Assembly: GCA_902539825.1 (NCBI GenBank)
Contig: CACBMH010000002.1
Span: 8,423 to 72,422, forward strand
Direction of reading: 5' to 3'
Length of the DNA: 64,000 bases
Source: an uncultured Alphaproteobacteria bacterium
Lineage (GTDB): Bacteria > Pseudomonadota > Alphaproteobacteria > HIMB59 > GCA-002718135
Shown here: positions 10,532 through 20,096 of the stretch, piece by piece
Layout of the letters: the number at the start of each line of letters is the position of its first letter
How positions within the stretch are numbered: position 1 is the first letter of the stretch
Position numbers and translations under genes: made by a program
The notes under the pieces: model-generated
Told to the model about the DNA's origin: nothing
Database searches by the model: none
What the model saw: the letters and a program-made list of their open reading frames with translations, nothing else

Positions 10532-11744
10532 AGCTGGTCTAGATATTGGTAATTCAAAAATATCATGTGTCATTGCTGATTATAAGAATATCGATAATAT
10601 TAATATCCTATCAATTGCTAGTGTTCCAAATAATAATATTAAAAAAAATATTATTTTAAATTTTGAAAATTTACATGATCAAATTAAATCTTTGGTTATA
10701 GATGCTGAAAAACAATCTCAAACTAAATTAAATTCTATTAATCTTAATCTATCTTTACTAAATTCTAATTCTCATTATTACAACTCGGCAATAGAATTGA
10801 AAAATGAGAAAATTTCAGATTTACATCTTAAAAAAATTATTAATCAATCAGAATATTTTAATAATCATCGTGAACAATTCGAAATATTTAATAATATAAC
10901 TTCATACGATATAGATAATAACCTGTATTTTAATGCACCAATAGGAAATTACTCAGATAATATAAAAATTAATTTTTATAAAATAAATATACAAAAAAAA
11001 TATGCAAATAATATTTCCACTGTTATCAAAAATTTGAAACTTAATATTGATAATTATATTCCTTCACCTTTATCTTCCTCTTTATCATCACTAACTGAAG
11101 ATGAAAAAGAACTAGGAACTATTTGTATTGATTTAGGTCATTCAACATCCTCTATATCAGTTTTTGAAAATAATAAATTTGTATATGGAGACGCAATAGG
11201 TGTTGGCAGTAATAATGTTACATTAGATATTGCTCGAGGTTTATCTACTAATATATCCAGTGCTGAAAGATTAAAAACTTTATACGGTTCTCTAGTTTCA
11301 TCACCCAGCGATGATCATGAAATAATAGAAATTCCAATAATTTCAGGTGACAAAAATACATTTAGACAAATAACAAGATCAAGCTTAAATGCAATTATTA
11401 GACCGCGTATTGAAGAAACTTTAGAGATGATATGGCAAAAAATTAAAGACAATAATTTAAATAATAAAAAATTAAATAATGTGGTTCTTACTGGTGGTGG
11501 GGCAATGATGGATAATATTGAAAAATATGTAGAAACAATTTTTGCTAGTGGTGTGAGAGTAGCAAATCCCATAGAACAATTAAATTTGGATAATAATTTT
11601 AAAAAACCCAATTTTTGCGATATTATTGGATCTATCTTGTATAACCAAGATCTATTTAAAATTGATTTTTTAGCAAATCAATCAAAAAATTCAAAAAAAC
11701 GAGGAATACCAGGCTTTTTTTCTTGGCTTGATCAGTATATTTAG
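10524..11744 (+). CDS. ftsA: cell division protein FtsA
   Basis: actin-like ATPase (LDIGNSKISCVIA, VLTGGGA), directly upstream of ftsZ. Confidence 0.85.
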   Translation: MIKAGLDIGNSKISCVIADYKNIDNINILSIASVPNNNIKKNIILNFENLHDQIKSLVIDAEKQSQTKLNSINLNLSLLNSNSHYYNSAIELKNEKISDLHLKKIINQSEYFNNHREQFEIFNNITSYDIDNNLYFNAPIGNYSDNIKINFYKINIQKKYANNISTVIKNLKLNIDNYIPSPLSSSLSSLTEDEKELGTICIDLGHSTSSISVFENNKFVYGDAIGVGSNNVTLDIARGLSTNISSAERLKTLYGSLVSSPSDDHEIIEIPIISGDKNTFRQITRSSLNAIIRPRIEETLEMIWQKIKDNNLNNKKLNNVVLTGGGAMMDNIEKYVETIFASGVRVANPIEQLNLDNNFKKPNFCDIIGSILYNQDLFKIDFLANQSKNSKKRGIPGFFSWLDQYI

Positions 11745-11823
11745 GTAATACTATATCTAGTAAATTATATTGACGATTTCGAACATAAATCGTTAAAAAC
11801 TATTTAAAACGGCGGAGATTACA

Positions 11824-13473
11824 ATGACTATCAATATTTCAATACAAGATGTAGCGCAAAACTTACATCCTAAAATAACAGTTTTGGGAGTAGGTGGATC
11901 TGGTGGAAATGCAGTTAACAACATGATTAATGCTAATTTAGAAGGTGTAGATTTCTTAATAGCTAATACAGATGCACAAGCTTTACAAATTTCAAGTTGT
12001 CCAAATAAAATTCAATTAGGATTAAACAGTACCAAAGGTTTGGGTGCGGGAATGAGACCTGATATTGGAAGACAGGCAGCAGAGGAAGCAATTCAAGATT
12101 TAAGTGAAAAGTTTGAAGGTAGTCATATGCTGTTTATAGCAGCTGGAATGGGTGGTGGTACTGGCACAGGAGCTGCACCAGTAATTGCTAAACTAGCAAG
12201 AGAAAAAGGAATACTAACTGTAGGTGTTGTAACTAAACCTTTTCATTTTGAAGGTTCTCAAAGGATGAAGTTAGCTGAGAAAGGCATTGAGGAACTGCAA
12301 CAGTATGTTGACACATTACTAACAATACCTAATCAAAATTTATTTAGAATTGCTAATGAAAAAACTACTTTTTCTGATGCTTTTAAGATGGCAGACGATG
12401 TTTTATATGCGGGTGTTAGAGGCGTAACTGATCTTATGGTTCAGCCTGGAATGATAAATTTAGATTTCTCAGATATCAAAACTGTAATGTCTGAAATGGG
12501 TAAAGCTATGATGGGTACTGGTGAAGCACAAGGTGAAGGTAGAGCAATTGCAGCTGCTGAAGCAGCTATTGCAAACCCATTAATTGATGATGTGTCCTTA
12601 AAAGGTGCAAAAGGTCTAATAATTAATATTACTGGCGGTAAAGATATTACATTGTATGAAGTTGATGAAGCTGCAAATAGAATCAAGCAAGAAGTTGATG
12701 AAGAAGCAAACATTATTTACGGAACTACTTGCGATGATAGACTTGAAGGCGTTGTAAGAGTTAGCATTGTTGCTACAGGCATTGATGCAAACAATAATAT
12801 ATCAGCTAAACCGATAGAAAACTTTGCACCAATAAATATAAATAATGATATTTATAAACAAGATATAGAAAAATCTGAGTTATTGTCTGAAAGCGCTACT
12901 TTGCAGGAAAATGCCTCACAAGAAGAGAACATTCTAGATGAAGAGATTAATGAGATAGCAAATGAAGGAATGCTCAATAATCAAAATCCTGATAACTTTA
13001 ATGAAGATGAGCAAACAAATATTAACCAATTAGATACTTCAATCTTAGAAGAAAATATTGATGATAAAGAATTTTTTCAAAACGAAGCTACAGAAACTTT
13101 AGATCAAATTGAGACTGATAATATCGCTGGTGAAGTATCAAGCTCGTCTTTGGGTATAGATAAACCAAATGAAGTAAGTGTAAGAAGGTTAAGTTTATTT
13201 GATACTCTTTCTACAGAAAATAAATCTGAAGATATAGCTGCAGAAAATAATATTCTTACAAAGACTGAACCTGTTTTTGCCTCCTCAGAGGAAAAGATTG
13301 AAGAAAATGACTCTCAGGAAAACAATTCTGAAGATAATAATTCAAGTATCATTGAAAAAGAGGAATTCAGTGCTGAAGAGAGTGAATCTTCTGAAATTGA
13401 TGACGAGTTTAATCAGGAAACAGAGGAAGAACTTTTAGATATACCAACTTTCCTTAGAAGACAGGCTAATTAG
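11824..13473 (+). CDS. ftsZ: cell division GTPase FtsZ with long acidic C-terminal linker
   Basis: [24 protein letters not shown] tubulin signature, C-terminal DIPTFLRRQ peptide. Confidence 0.95.
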   Translation: MTINISIQDVAQNLHPKITVLGVGGSGGNAVNNMINANLEGVDFLIANTDAQALQISSCPNKIQLGLNSTKGLGAGMRPDIGRQAAEEAIQDLSEKFEGSHMLFIAAGMGGGTGTGAAPVIAKLAREKGILTVGVVTKPFHFEGSQRMKLAEKGIEELQQYVDTLLTIPNQNLFRIANEKTTFSDAFKMADDVLYAGVRGVTDLMVQPGMINLDFSDIKTVMSEMGKAMMGTGEAQGEGRAIAAAEAAIANPLIDDVSLKGAKGLIINITGGKDITLYEVDEAANRIKQEVDEEANIIYGTTCDDRLEGVVRVSIVATGIDANNNISAKPIENFAPININNDIYKQDIEKSELLSESATLQENASQEENILDEEINEIANEGMLNNQNPDNFNEDEQTNINQLDTSILEENIDDKEFFQNEATETLDQIETDNIAGEVSSSSLGIDKPNEVSVRRLSLFDTLSTENKSEDIAAENNILTKTEPVFASSEEKIEENDSQENNSEDNNSSIIEKEEFSAEESESSEIDDEFNQETEEELLDIPTFLRRQAN

Positions 13474-13549
13474 TAAATATACTATAATCTGCAATATTTT
13501 GAAATATTAGGTTAGTTGTTAATAACGTTAAAAATATGTAATAAAAAAA

Positions 13550-13573
13550 GTGCTGAAAACAGCACTTTTTTTT
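13550..13573 (+). terminator. rho-independent terminator after ftsZ
   Basis: GTGCTG-AAAA-CAGCAC hairpin followed by T8 (13566-13573). Confidence 0.7.
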
Positions 13574-13576
13574 AAA

Positions 13577-14449
13577 ATGATAGACATATTATATAATTCT
13601 AAAAATCAACAAACAATAGCCGAACCAGTGTCAATCAATGGAATAGGATTACATTCAGGAGTTGATATAGCCATGAAATTATATCCTGCTGAAGCTGATT
13701 ATGGAATAAAGTTTATCCGAAATGATCTTAATAAAAATAACATCATTGAAGCTATATGGTCAAATGTAACTAATACAAAATTAAGCACAACTATAAGTAA
13801 TCAAAATGGTGCAAGTGTCTCAACAATTGAGCACTTGATGAGTGCTTTGTCTGGATTGCATATAGATAATATCAAAATTGAAATTGATGGACCAGAAGTC
13901 CCAATAATGGATGGAAGTTCAATAAAGTTTGTTGATCTTATTGATAAAGCTTCTACTCAAAATTTAAATAAAAGAAGAAAAATTTTAAAAATTAAAAAAA
14001 ATATTAAAGTAGAAAATAATGACTCATCTGTAGAATTAAAACCGAATAATCAATTTTCAATTGATTTTGAAATTGATTTTCCTAGTAAATTAGTCAGCAA
14101 ACAAAGCTGCCAACTGCAACTAGTAAACGGAAACTATAAAACTGATATTGCATCAGCACGCACTTTTGGATTTGAAAGAGATGTTGATATGCTGAGATCA
14201 AATGGTTTAGCACTAGGTGGTTCCTTAGATAACGCTGTTGTTGTTGGAGAAAGTAAAATACTTAATTCAGATGGATTGCGTTTTAAGGATGAGTTTGTAA
14301 GACATAAAATTCTTGATTCTATCGGAGATTTATATTTAGCTGGAGCTCCAATTCATGGATATTTCTTAGGTAACAAATCAGGTCATCATTTAAATAACTT
14401 ATTATTAAGGTCTTTATTTGCTGACAAAGATAACTACGAATATATTTAG
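13577..14449 (+). CDS. lpxC: UDP-3-O-acyl-N-acetylglucosamine deacetylase
   Basis: STIEHLMSAL, EFVRHKILDSIGDL, GHHLNN motifs; ATG at 13577 preferred because the track's upstream start (13550) lies inside the ftsZ terminator hairpin. Confidence 0.9.
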   Translation: MIDILYNSKNQQTIAEPVSINGIGLHSGVDIAMKLYPAEADYGIKFIRNDLNKNNIIEAIWSNVTNTKLSTTISNQNGASVSTIEHLMSALSGLHIDNIKIEIDGPEVPIMDGSSIKFVDLIDKASTQNLNKRRKILKIKKNIKVENNDSSVELKPNNQFSIDFEIDFPSKLVSKQSCQLQLVNGNYKTDIASARTFGFERDVDMLRSNGLALGGSLDNAVVVGESKILNSDGLRFKDEFVRHKILDSIGDLYLAGAPIHGYFLGNKSGHHLNNLLLRSLFADKDNYEYI

Positions 14450-15835
14450 TTAAATCATTTTCTTTGGATCAACTATCTTATCAAATTCCTTTTCAGAAAT
14501 TAATTTTAATTTTAATGCCGATTCTTTAAGAGTCAAATTTTCATCAAATGCTTTTTTAGCAATTTTTGCTGCATTATCATATCCAATACTTTTATTTAAG
14601 GCAGTTACAAGCATCAAAGAGTTATTTAAATGATTATTAATTATTTCTTTATTTGCTTTTAATCCCTTTAAACAATTTTTATCAAAACTTTTAATACCAT
14701 CACTAAGGAGATTTATAGACTGTAGAATGTTAAATGCTATAACTGGTTTATATGTATTTAATTGAAAATGACCATTTGAACCAGCAAGATCTACAGTTGT
14801 GCTATTTCCTATTACTTGAACACATACCATGCTTAAGGCTTCAATTTGAGTAGGGTTTACCTTTCCAGGCATAATTGATGATCCAGGTTCATTAGCAGGC
14901 AAAATTAGCTCTCCTAAACCAGATCTAGGTCCAGATGCTAAAAATCGAATATCATTTATTATTTTTAATAATGAAATTGATAAAGTTTTTAAAGAATTTG
15001 AAAAATTAACTAGTGGATCATGAGAGGCTAAAGACTCAAATTTATTTTGAGATGGTTTATATTTATCTCTAGTAAGTTTATTTAAGTATTTACAAAATAC
15101 CTTATCAAATTTTTTTGGTGCATTAATTCCAGAACCTACGGCAGTTCCACCCTGAGCAAGGTATCTCAATTCTGATTTTGAAATTTCTATTCTTCTTAAA
15201 CAAGCTTGTAATTGAGTGCAAAATGCTGAAAACTCATCACCCAAAGTAATTGGTGTTGCATCTTGAGTATGCGTTCTTCCTATTTTAATTATATTTTGAA
15301 ATATTTTTTTCTTTTTTTGAAATTCTTTTATTAGATCTTTAAGAGTTGGAATTAAATTTTTTATTGATAACTCATTAATTGCAACATGCATTATTGTTGG
15401 AAAGGTATCATTGGATGATTGAGATAAATTTACATGATCATTTGGGTGAATAGGTTTTTTACTTCCAATTTTTCCATTTAATGTTTTTATAATATGGTTA
15501 CTAATTACTTCATTTGCATTCATATTGGTTTGAGTTCCAGATCCAGTTTGCCATACTGATAATGGAAACTCTTCAATAAGTTTTAAATTAATAATATTAT
15601 CGCAGGCTTTAGATATTAATAAACCCAATTTTTTATCTATAACACCCAGTTCTATGTTTGCTAGTGCAGCTGCTTTCTTTTGTTTACCCAATGCGATAAT
15701 CAATTCTGATGGTATTTTATCACTGCCAATTTTAAAATTTTCTAAGGATCTTTGAGTTTGTGCACCCCAGAGCTTATTTTTATCAATCTTTTTGGAACCT
15801 AAACTGTCAAATTCTATTCTTTTTTTATTAGCCAT
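14450..15835 (-). CDS. fumC: class II fumarate hydratase
   Basis: GSSIMPGKVNPTQ lyase-1 signature; full-length similarity to FumC. Confidence 0.9.
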   Translation of the reverse strand: MANKKRIEFDSLGSKKIDKNKLWGAQTQRSLENFKIGSDKIPSELIIALGKQKKAAALANIELGVIDKKLGLLISKACDNIINLKLIEEFPLSVWQTGSGTQTNMNANEVISNHIIKTLNGKIGSKKPIHPNDHVNLSQSSNDTFPTIMHVAINELSIKNLIPTLKDLIKEFQKKKKIFQNIIKIGRTHTQDATPITLGDEFSAFCTQLQACLRRIEISKSELRYLAQGGTAVGSGINAPKKFDKVFCKYLNKLTRDKYKPSQNKFESLASHDPLVNFSNSLKTLSISLLKIINDIRFLASGPRSGLGELILPANEPGSSIMPGKVNPTQIEALSMVCVQVIGNSTTVDLAGSNGHFQLNTYKPVIAFNILQSINLLSDGIKSFDKNCLKGLKANKEIINNHLNNSLMLVTALNKSIGYDNAAKIAKKAFDENLTLKESALKLKLISEKEFDKIVDPKKMI

Positions 15836-15876
15836 TACTTATTAACAAATTCTTTATAACATATTATATGTAACTT

Positions 15877-16507
15877 ATGAACAAACTTGTTTTACTTAGA
15901 CATGGTCAAAGTCAGTGGAATTTAGAAAATAGATTTACTGGTTGGAAAGATGTTCCATTAACTGAAAAAGGCATTAACGAAGCTAATAATGCAGGACGTC
16001 TATTAAAAAAACATAATATAAAAATTGATAAAGTTTTTAGTAGTGTTTTAGAAAGAGCAAATAAAACAGCAGAAATAGCTATGAAAGCATTAGAGATAGA
16101 AAATTTATATGAAAATGGAAATTTAATTTATGAAAAAAAACCAAAATCTAAATGAGAGGGATTATGGAGATTTAGTTGGTTTAAATAAAGCAGAAACTGC
16201 TGATAAATTTGGAAAAGAACAAGTACACATATGGAGAAGATCTTATGATATACCGCCTCCAAACGGGGAGAGTCTTAAGGATGTAGTTAATCGAGTTTCT
16301 CCTTATTTTACTGAAACAATTCAACCACATATTTTAAATAAAAAAAATGTTTTAATTGCAGCACATGGTAATTCCTTAAGAGCAATTATGATTAAAGTCG
16401 GTATGTACAAACCTGAAGAAATATCTTCTATAGAACTACCAACTGGTAGTCCATTGTGTTTAGACTACCAAAATGGCGAATTAATTGAACATTATTACTT
16501 AGATTAA
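15877..16507 (+). pseudogene. gpmA: 2,3-bisphosphoglycerate-dependent phosphoglycerate mutase, split into two ORFs (15877-16155, 16130-16507) by a +1 frameshift in an A8 run (16133-16140)
   Basis: N-part has [18 protein letters not shown]-part has LNERDYG and AAHGNSLRA; removing one A gives a continuous ...[13 protein letters not shown]... junction. Confidence 0.85.
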
Positions 16508-16935
16508 TTTTTTTTATAATTTGAAAAATTAATTACATTATCCTTCTTTGATATATTGGTCTCTGATTTTTTATTTACTTTCTTCTGCATTTTATTTTTT
16601 TGCAAAATTAAACCAAAATTAGATGAAGGATCTGCAAATGAAACAATAGCATTATAATTAATTTTTAAGTTTGTTTTGAAATCATCAAATGAGAGTGTAA
16701 TAGAAAAATTATTTTTATTTATTTCTAAATCATAATATTCATATTGAATAATAATTGTCATTTGTTGGGGATATTTTTGTTTTAACCAATTAGGTAGTTC
16801 AACATTTTTATGATTAGTTAAAAATGTAATATAGAGATGATTATTATTTGATAATCCATTATCTTTTATGTTTTTCAGAATATCTTTAAATACATTTAAC
16901 ATATTTTTATCTAGTATTTTTTGATATTCAATCAT
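16504..16935 (-). CDS. sspB: SspB-like ClpXP specificity-enhancing adaptor (alphaproteobacterial type)
   Basis: pattern HLYITF..(V)ELP..L...YP..MTIIIQ..Y.DL......F...LSF......L.I....I..FADPS recalled from the SspB family; basic C-terminal tail. Confidence 0.65.
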   Translation of the reverse strand: MIEYQKILDKNMLNVFKDILKNIKDNGLSNNNHLYITFLTNHKNVELPNWLKQKYPQQMTIIIQYEYYDLEINKNNFSITLSFDDFKTNLKINYNAIVSFADPSSNFGLILQKNKMQKKVNKKSETNISKKDNVINFSNYKKN

Positions 16936-16983
16936 TTCTGTTTTATTTTTTTATTAAATATTTAAAGTATTGCAATAAAATTT

Positions 16984-17496
16984 ATGAGTTTAGACAAAAA
17001 TAATTCGCAATATAGTAAAATAGCAAAATTATTTCATTGGGGTTTTGTTCTGTTATTTGTTTATGGTGTAGCAAAGCAAGTAGATGATATTAATCAACTT
17101 GAAGATCAAGCCTTTTTTAGATTTGAAATTATTTTTGCAGTAATTTTTCTATCTCTTCTATTAATCCGACTAATTTATATGAAAACAACACAAAAGACAT
17201 CCTTACCTGAAGATACTCCTAAAGCTCAAAAATTAGCCGCTAAAATTGTTCACAACGGTATGTATGCTCTATTAATAGGTACTGTGTTATCAGGATTATT
17301 GATTGGTTTTTTATTTTGGATAGAACTCAAAGATGGAATTATAACTGACATTGTTATTATTTTTCACGAACTAAACATTAATTTACTTTATTGGTTTATA
17401 GGTATTCATATTTTAGCAGCATCTTATCATCGTTTAAAAAGAGATGGTGTTTGGAGTTCAATGGTGCCTTTTTTCAAAGAAAAAAACCCCAAATAA
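16984..17496 (+). CDS. cytochrome b561 family protein
   Basis: four TM helices with His ligand positions (LFHWGF, VHNGMYALL, HELN, AASYHRLKRDG) as in CybB. Confidence 0.7.
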   Translation: MSLDKNNSQYSKIAKLFHWGFVLLFVYGVAKQVDDINQLEDQAFFRFEIIFAVIFLSLLLIRLIYMKTTQKTSLPEDTPKAQKLAAKIVHNGMYALLIGTVLSGLLIGFLFWIELKDGIITDIVIIFHELNINLLYWFIGIHILAASYHRLKRDGVWSSMVPFFKEKNPK

Positions 17497-17514
17497 ATTT
17501 TTAATTTAATGAAA

Positions 17515-17880
17515 TTATTTTTTTAATTTTTCCCATTCAGCCATACCGCCAGTAATATTCTTAACATTTTTAATACCCATATCTTTCATTGTTTTAGTTG
17601 ATAAAGTTCCTTGTCCACCTACACCACAAAATACTACATATTCTTTATCAGGATTTTCTTTGAAAAATTTATTTTCTAAAGGACTACCTTCTGCCAAATA
17701 AAATTCAAGAAAAGCTCTATCCAAATGAATTGCATTTCCTATTGTTCCTTTATCAAAACTTTCTTTATCCCTAACATCAATAAATTGTACATTTGTATCA
17801 TTGAGTTTTTCTTTTGCTTCTTTTGCAGAAATATTTTCAATTTCATTTTTAACACTCATTAAATCTTCAAATTTTTTCAT
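17515..17880 (-). CDS. single-domain rhodanese-like sulfurtransferase
   Basis: FIDVRD...G.I..A.HL and active-site loop FCGVGGQG, C-terminal GGMAEW. Confidence 0.75.
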   Translation of the reverse strand: MKKFEDLMSVKNEIENISAKEAKEKLNDTNVQFIDVRDKESFDKGTIGNAIHLDRAFLEFYLAEGSPLENKFFKENPDKEYVVFCGVGGQGTLSTKTMKDMGIKNVKNITGGMAEWEKLKK

Positions 17881-18030
17881 TTTTTCCTTACATTATTTAA
17901 ATGGGCGTCTTTAGAACAACCTTAATTTTATTATATAAAGAAAATATTAGGTTTTTGGAAACTTCTTCGTAAAAACTTCGTAGATAGGTTTTTAGAAAAA
18001 TTATTGATATTACTAGATAATATTAAAAAA

Positions 18031-18248
18031 GTGGGGCGTTCTGTTGCTCGGTGCGTGAACTTTTCTCAATGCAAGGACGCGTGAGCGAACACCCAAAAGT
18101 TTAAGCATTTCCTTTATTATTCGCTTATTCTTTCTTAAAAAAGTTTATAGCACATGGTTATTAAAATATAAAATTTTTAATTAAAAAGACGCGTATCGGC
18201 CGCGTAAATTGAGGGCAATTAATTCAAGTTCGTGGTATTATTATCAAG
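18031..18248. repeat. core copy 1 plus L arm (218 nt up to the cargo ATG)
   Basis: aligns without gaps to 19879-20096; only 2 mismatches in the first ~119 nt; contains GACGCGT at 18076 and GACGCGTATCGGCCGCGT at 18188-18205. Confidence 0.9.
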
Positions 18249-18719
18249 ATGAAAAAAGTTTTGTTTATGTTTTTCTTGTTATTGTCGACAAATGTATTTT
18301 CTAAAAATCTTGATTACTTTAAAGGTAGTTGGCTTTGTATTGAAGAAAAGTCTTTAGGATACAATTGGAGTAATCTAGAGAGCAAATGGAAAAAAATAAC
18401 AAATTTTAAGTTAGAAAAACGCATTTTTAAAACATTTGATGATAGTGAATGCGAAGGTGTTAAGAAGAATAGTTATAATTTTTGTGCTAGTGTTTATAAA
18501 TTTGGACTAAAGCCATTATTCAAAACATATTTTTATCATGTTGATAAGAGTGAAAGTAATTGGTTAAATGAATCTTATGTTGGGGGTACTTCTTTTGGTG
18601 AATTTAAAATGTCCGAAAAAGGTGAATTTATTTATTCAGCTGGAATACCGGGCAACCCAACAAATTTAAATGATAAGGATTCAATGGTTATAAGTGTTGG
18701 TTCTTGTACGAAAATATAA
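18249..18719 (+). CDS. hypothetical secreted protein (156 aa, Sec signal peptide, 5 Cys in the mature part)
   Basis: ORF with N-terminal MKKVLFMFFLLLSTNVFS signal-like sequence; no family recognised. Confidence 0.55.
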   Translation: MKKVLFMFFLLLSTNVFSKNLDYFKGSWLCIEEKSLGYNWSNLESKWKKITNFKLEKRIFKTFDDSECEGVKKNSYNFCASVYKFGLKPLFKTYFYHVDKSESNWLNESYVGGTSFGEFKMSEKGEFIYSAGIPGNPTNLNDKDSMVISVGSCTKI

Positions 18720-18721
18720 AT

Positions 18722-19030
18722 ATGAATGAAAAAAATAAACACGCAAGATTTTTTGATTGTAAAACTTTAGAAGATTGTCACAACATTGGCATTTACCATC
18801 TAATGGATTTTCTTGAAATATTTGGTGGTGAAGATGTTGATGCATTCGTTGCCTCTGATGGTAGTCATTTTTTAGTTGATGCATATTCATTTAATGGAGA
18901 TCAAATTGGTTTAACTTTAAACGAAGAAGCAACAAAACTTTACAATAAAAATATGCCTAAGGATCAACAAAGAAAAATTTGGGGGCATTGTGTTAAGCTT
19001 GCTGAAGGTATCTATGAGGAAATTATATAA
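18722..19030 (+). CDS. hypothetical small acidic cytoplasmic protein (102 aa)
   Basis: ATG 3 nt after the upstream stop; no family recognised. Confidence 0.45.
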   Translation: MNEKNKHARFFDCKTLEDCHNIGIYHLMDFLEIFGGEDVDAFVASDGSHFLVDAYSFNGDQIGLTLNEEATKLYNKNMPKDQQRKIWGHCVKLAEGIYEEII

Positions 19031-19031
19031 A

Positions 19032-19757
19032 ATGAAAAATAAAAAATTAATAATTGATACCATGACAAAATTTGTATTCGAAGTTACTAAAAATATTGAT
19101 TATAAAAATGTATCTATAGTAATTATTGATGATCAAAAGTTTACTTCTTTTGATCAATTAAAAAATTTACTCATTTCTATTACTAAAAAAAATAAAAACT
19201 TACTTATAGTTAGACCAAATTGGCAAAAATGGGAAAATGCAATATTATCTGGAGATATTGCTGAGTTAGGAATTAAAAAAATTTCTCAAATATTCAAAAA
19301 AAATTTAGATGAAACAAAAAAATTGCTCGCTTCGTTTCCAAAAAGAAACAAAAATAAAGATAATTATTTTTATGGGGATGTTCTAAAAGAAGAAAATAGT
19401 GCAAATATTTTTAATTTAGTTTTTCAATTAAGATTAAGTTTTTATGATAAAACACCAAACGAACGTTCAAAATTATTAGATAAAAGTGATTGGTTTAGAG
19501 GCTATTATGAGCAAGTTATTCCCTTTCATAGAATTGGCAAAATAAAAATTATACCTATCTCAATAAATGATTTTAAAACTAAAAAGAATAAGCCTCAAGA
19601 TAACCTTTTAAATATTTTCGCTAACTTTACTGGAGCAAAAATAATTAAATCTGTGAAAACCGCAAAAGAAAAAGATATAGGATTTGTAAAAAAAATTACT
19701 TTAAACAAACAACCGAAAAATATTTATAGTAGCGATAAAATTACTTTAGTGAATTAG
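19032..19757 (+). CDS. hypothetical Lys-rich protein (241 aa)
   Basis: ATG 2 nt after the upstream stop (operon-like packing); no family recognised. Confidence 0.5.
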   Translation: MKNKKLIIDTMTKFVFEVTKNIDYKNVSIVIIDDQKFTSFDQLKNLLISITKKNKNLLIVRPNWQKWENAILSGDIAELGIKKISQIFKKNLDETKKLLASFPKRNKNKDNYFYGDVLKEENSANIFNLVFQLRLSFYDKTPNERSKLLDKSDWFRGYYEQVIPFHRIGKIKIIPISINDFKTKKNKPQDNLLNIFANFTGAKIIKSVKTAKEKDIGFVKKITLNKQPKNIYSSDKITLVN

Positions 19758-19804
19758 ATTTTTTTTAAAGCAATTATTAATATTATTTAATTTTTTCTTC
19801 GCAA

Positions 19805-20096
19805 GACGCGTATAGGACGCGTTTTATTGGAGCATTTCAGAAAGAACCCAATAATTAAAAGGAAATCTAGATTAACTAATGGGGCGTTCTGTTGCTCGGT
19901 GCGTGAACTTTTCTCAATGCAAGGACGCGTGAGCGAACACCCAAAAGTTTAAGCATTTCCTTTATTATTCGCTTATTCTTTCTAAAAAAAGTTTATATCA
20001 TTAATTTGTAAAAACATAAAATTTTTAATTTAAATGACGCGTATAGGACGCGTAAATTAAAGGCAATTATTCCAAGTTTATGTTAATGTAAATTAT
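19805..20096. repeat. complete R arm - core copy 2 - L arm junction (attP-like composite)
   Basis: left part aligns to 21135-21231 and right part to 18031-18248; carries GACGCGTATAGGACGCGT twice (19805-19822, 20036-20053). Confidence 0.9.

Larger units (their letters stand above)
18031..19902. mobile_element. mini-element 1 (core1 to core2, 1848 bp core-to-core): L arm, three hypothetical genes, R arm; no integrase
   Basis: bounded by direct copies of the ssrA 3'-terminal 23-24 nt (18031-18054, 19879-19902); the arms are shared with element 2. Confidence 0.6.

Noticed and set aside
12780-13440. The acidic, low-complexity 3' third of ftsZ, considered as a separate gene or repeat element.
   Set aside because: It is in frame and ends with the conserved C-terminal DIPTFLRRQ peptide. 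It is the disordered linker typical of alphaproteobacterial FtsZ.
13550-13576. Upstream start (track start at 13550) for lpxC.
   Set aside because: The extension would be translated from the ftsZ terminator hairpin and T-run. The ATG at 13577 gives a normal LpxC N-terminus.
16130-16507. Treating 16130-16507 as an independent 125-aa gene.
   Set aside because: It is the C-terminal two-thirds of GpmA, contiguous with 15877-16155 after correcting one A. It is reported instead as a single frameshifted gene.
17899-17921. AAATGGGCGTCTTTAGAACAACC, considered as a possible fourth, degenerate core copy further out.
   Set aside because: Only a short GGGCGT match with scattered identities, and no adjacent arm sequences. 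This is indistinguishable from chance.
18681-18890. Minus-strand 69-aa His/Gln-rich ORF in cassette 1.
   Set aside because: It is antisense to the tightly packed plus-strand cargo operon. Its composition looks like a mirror-frame artefact, and no start context supports it.
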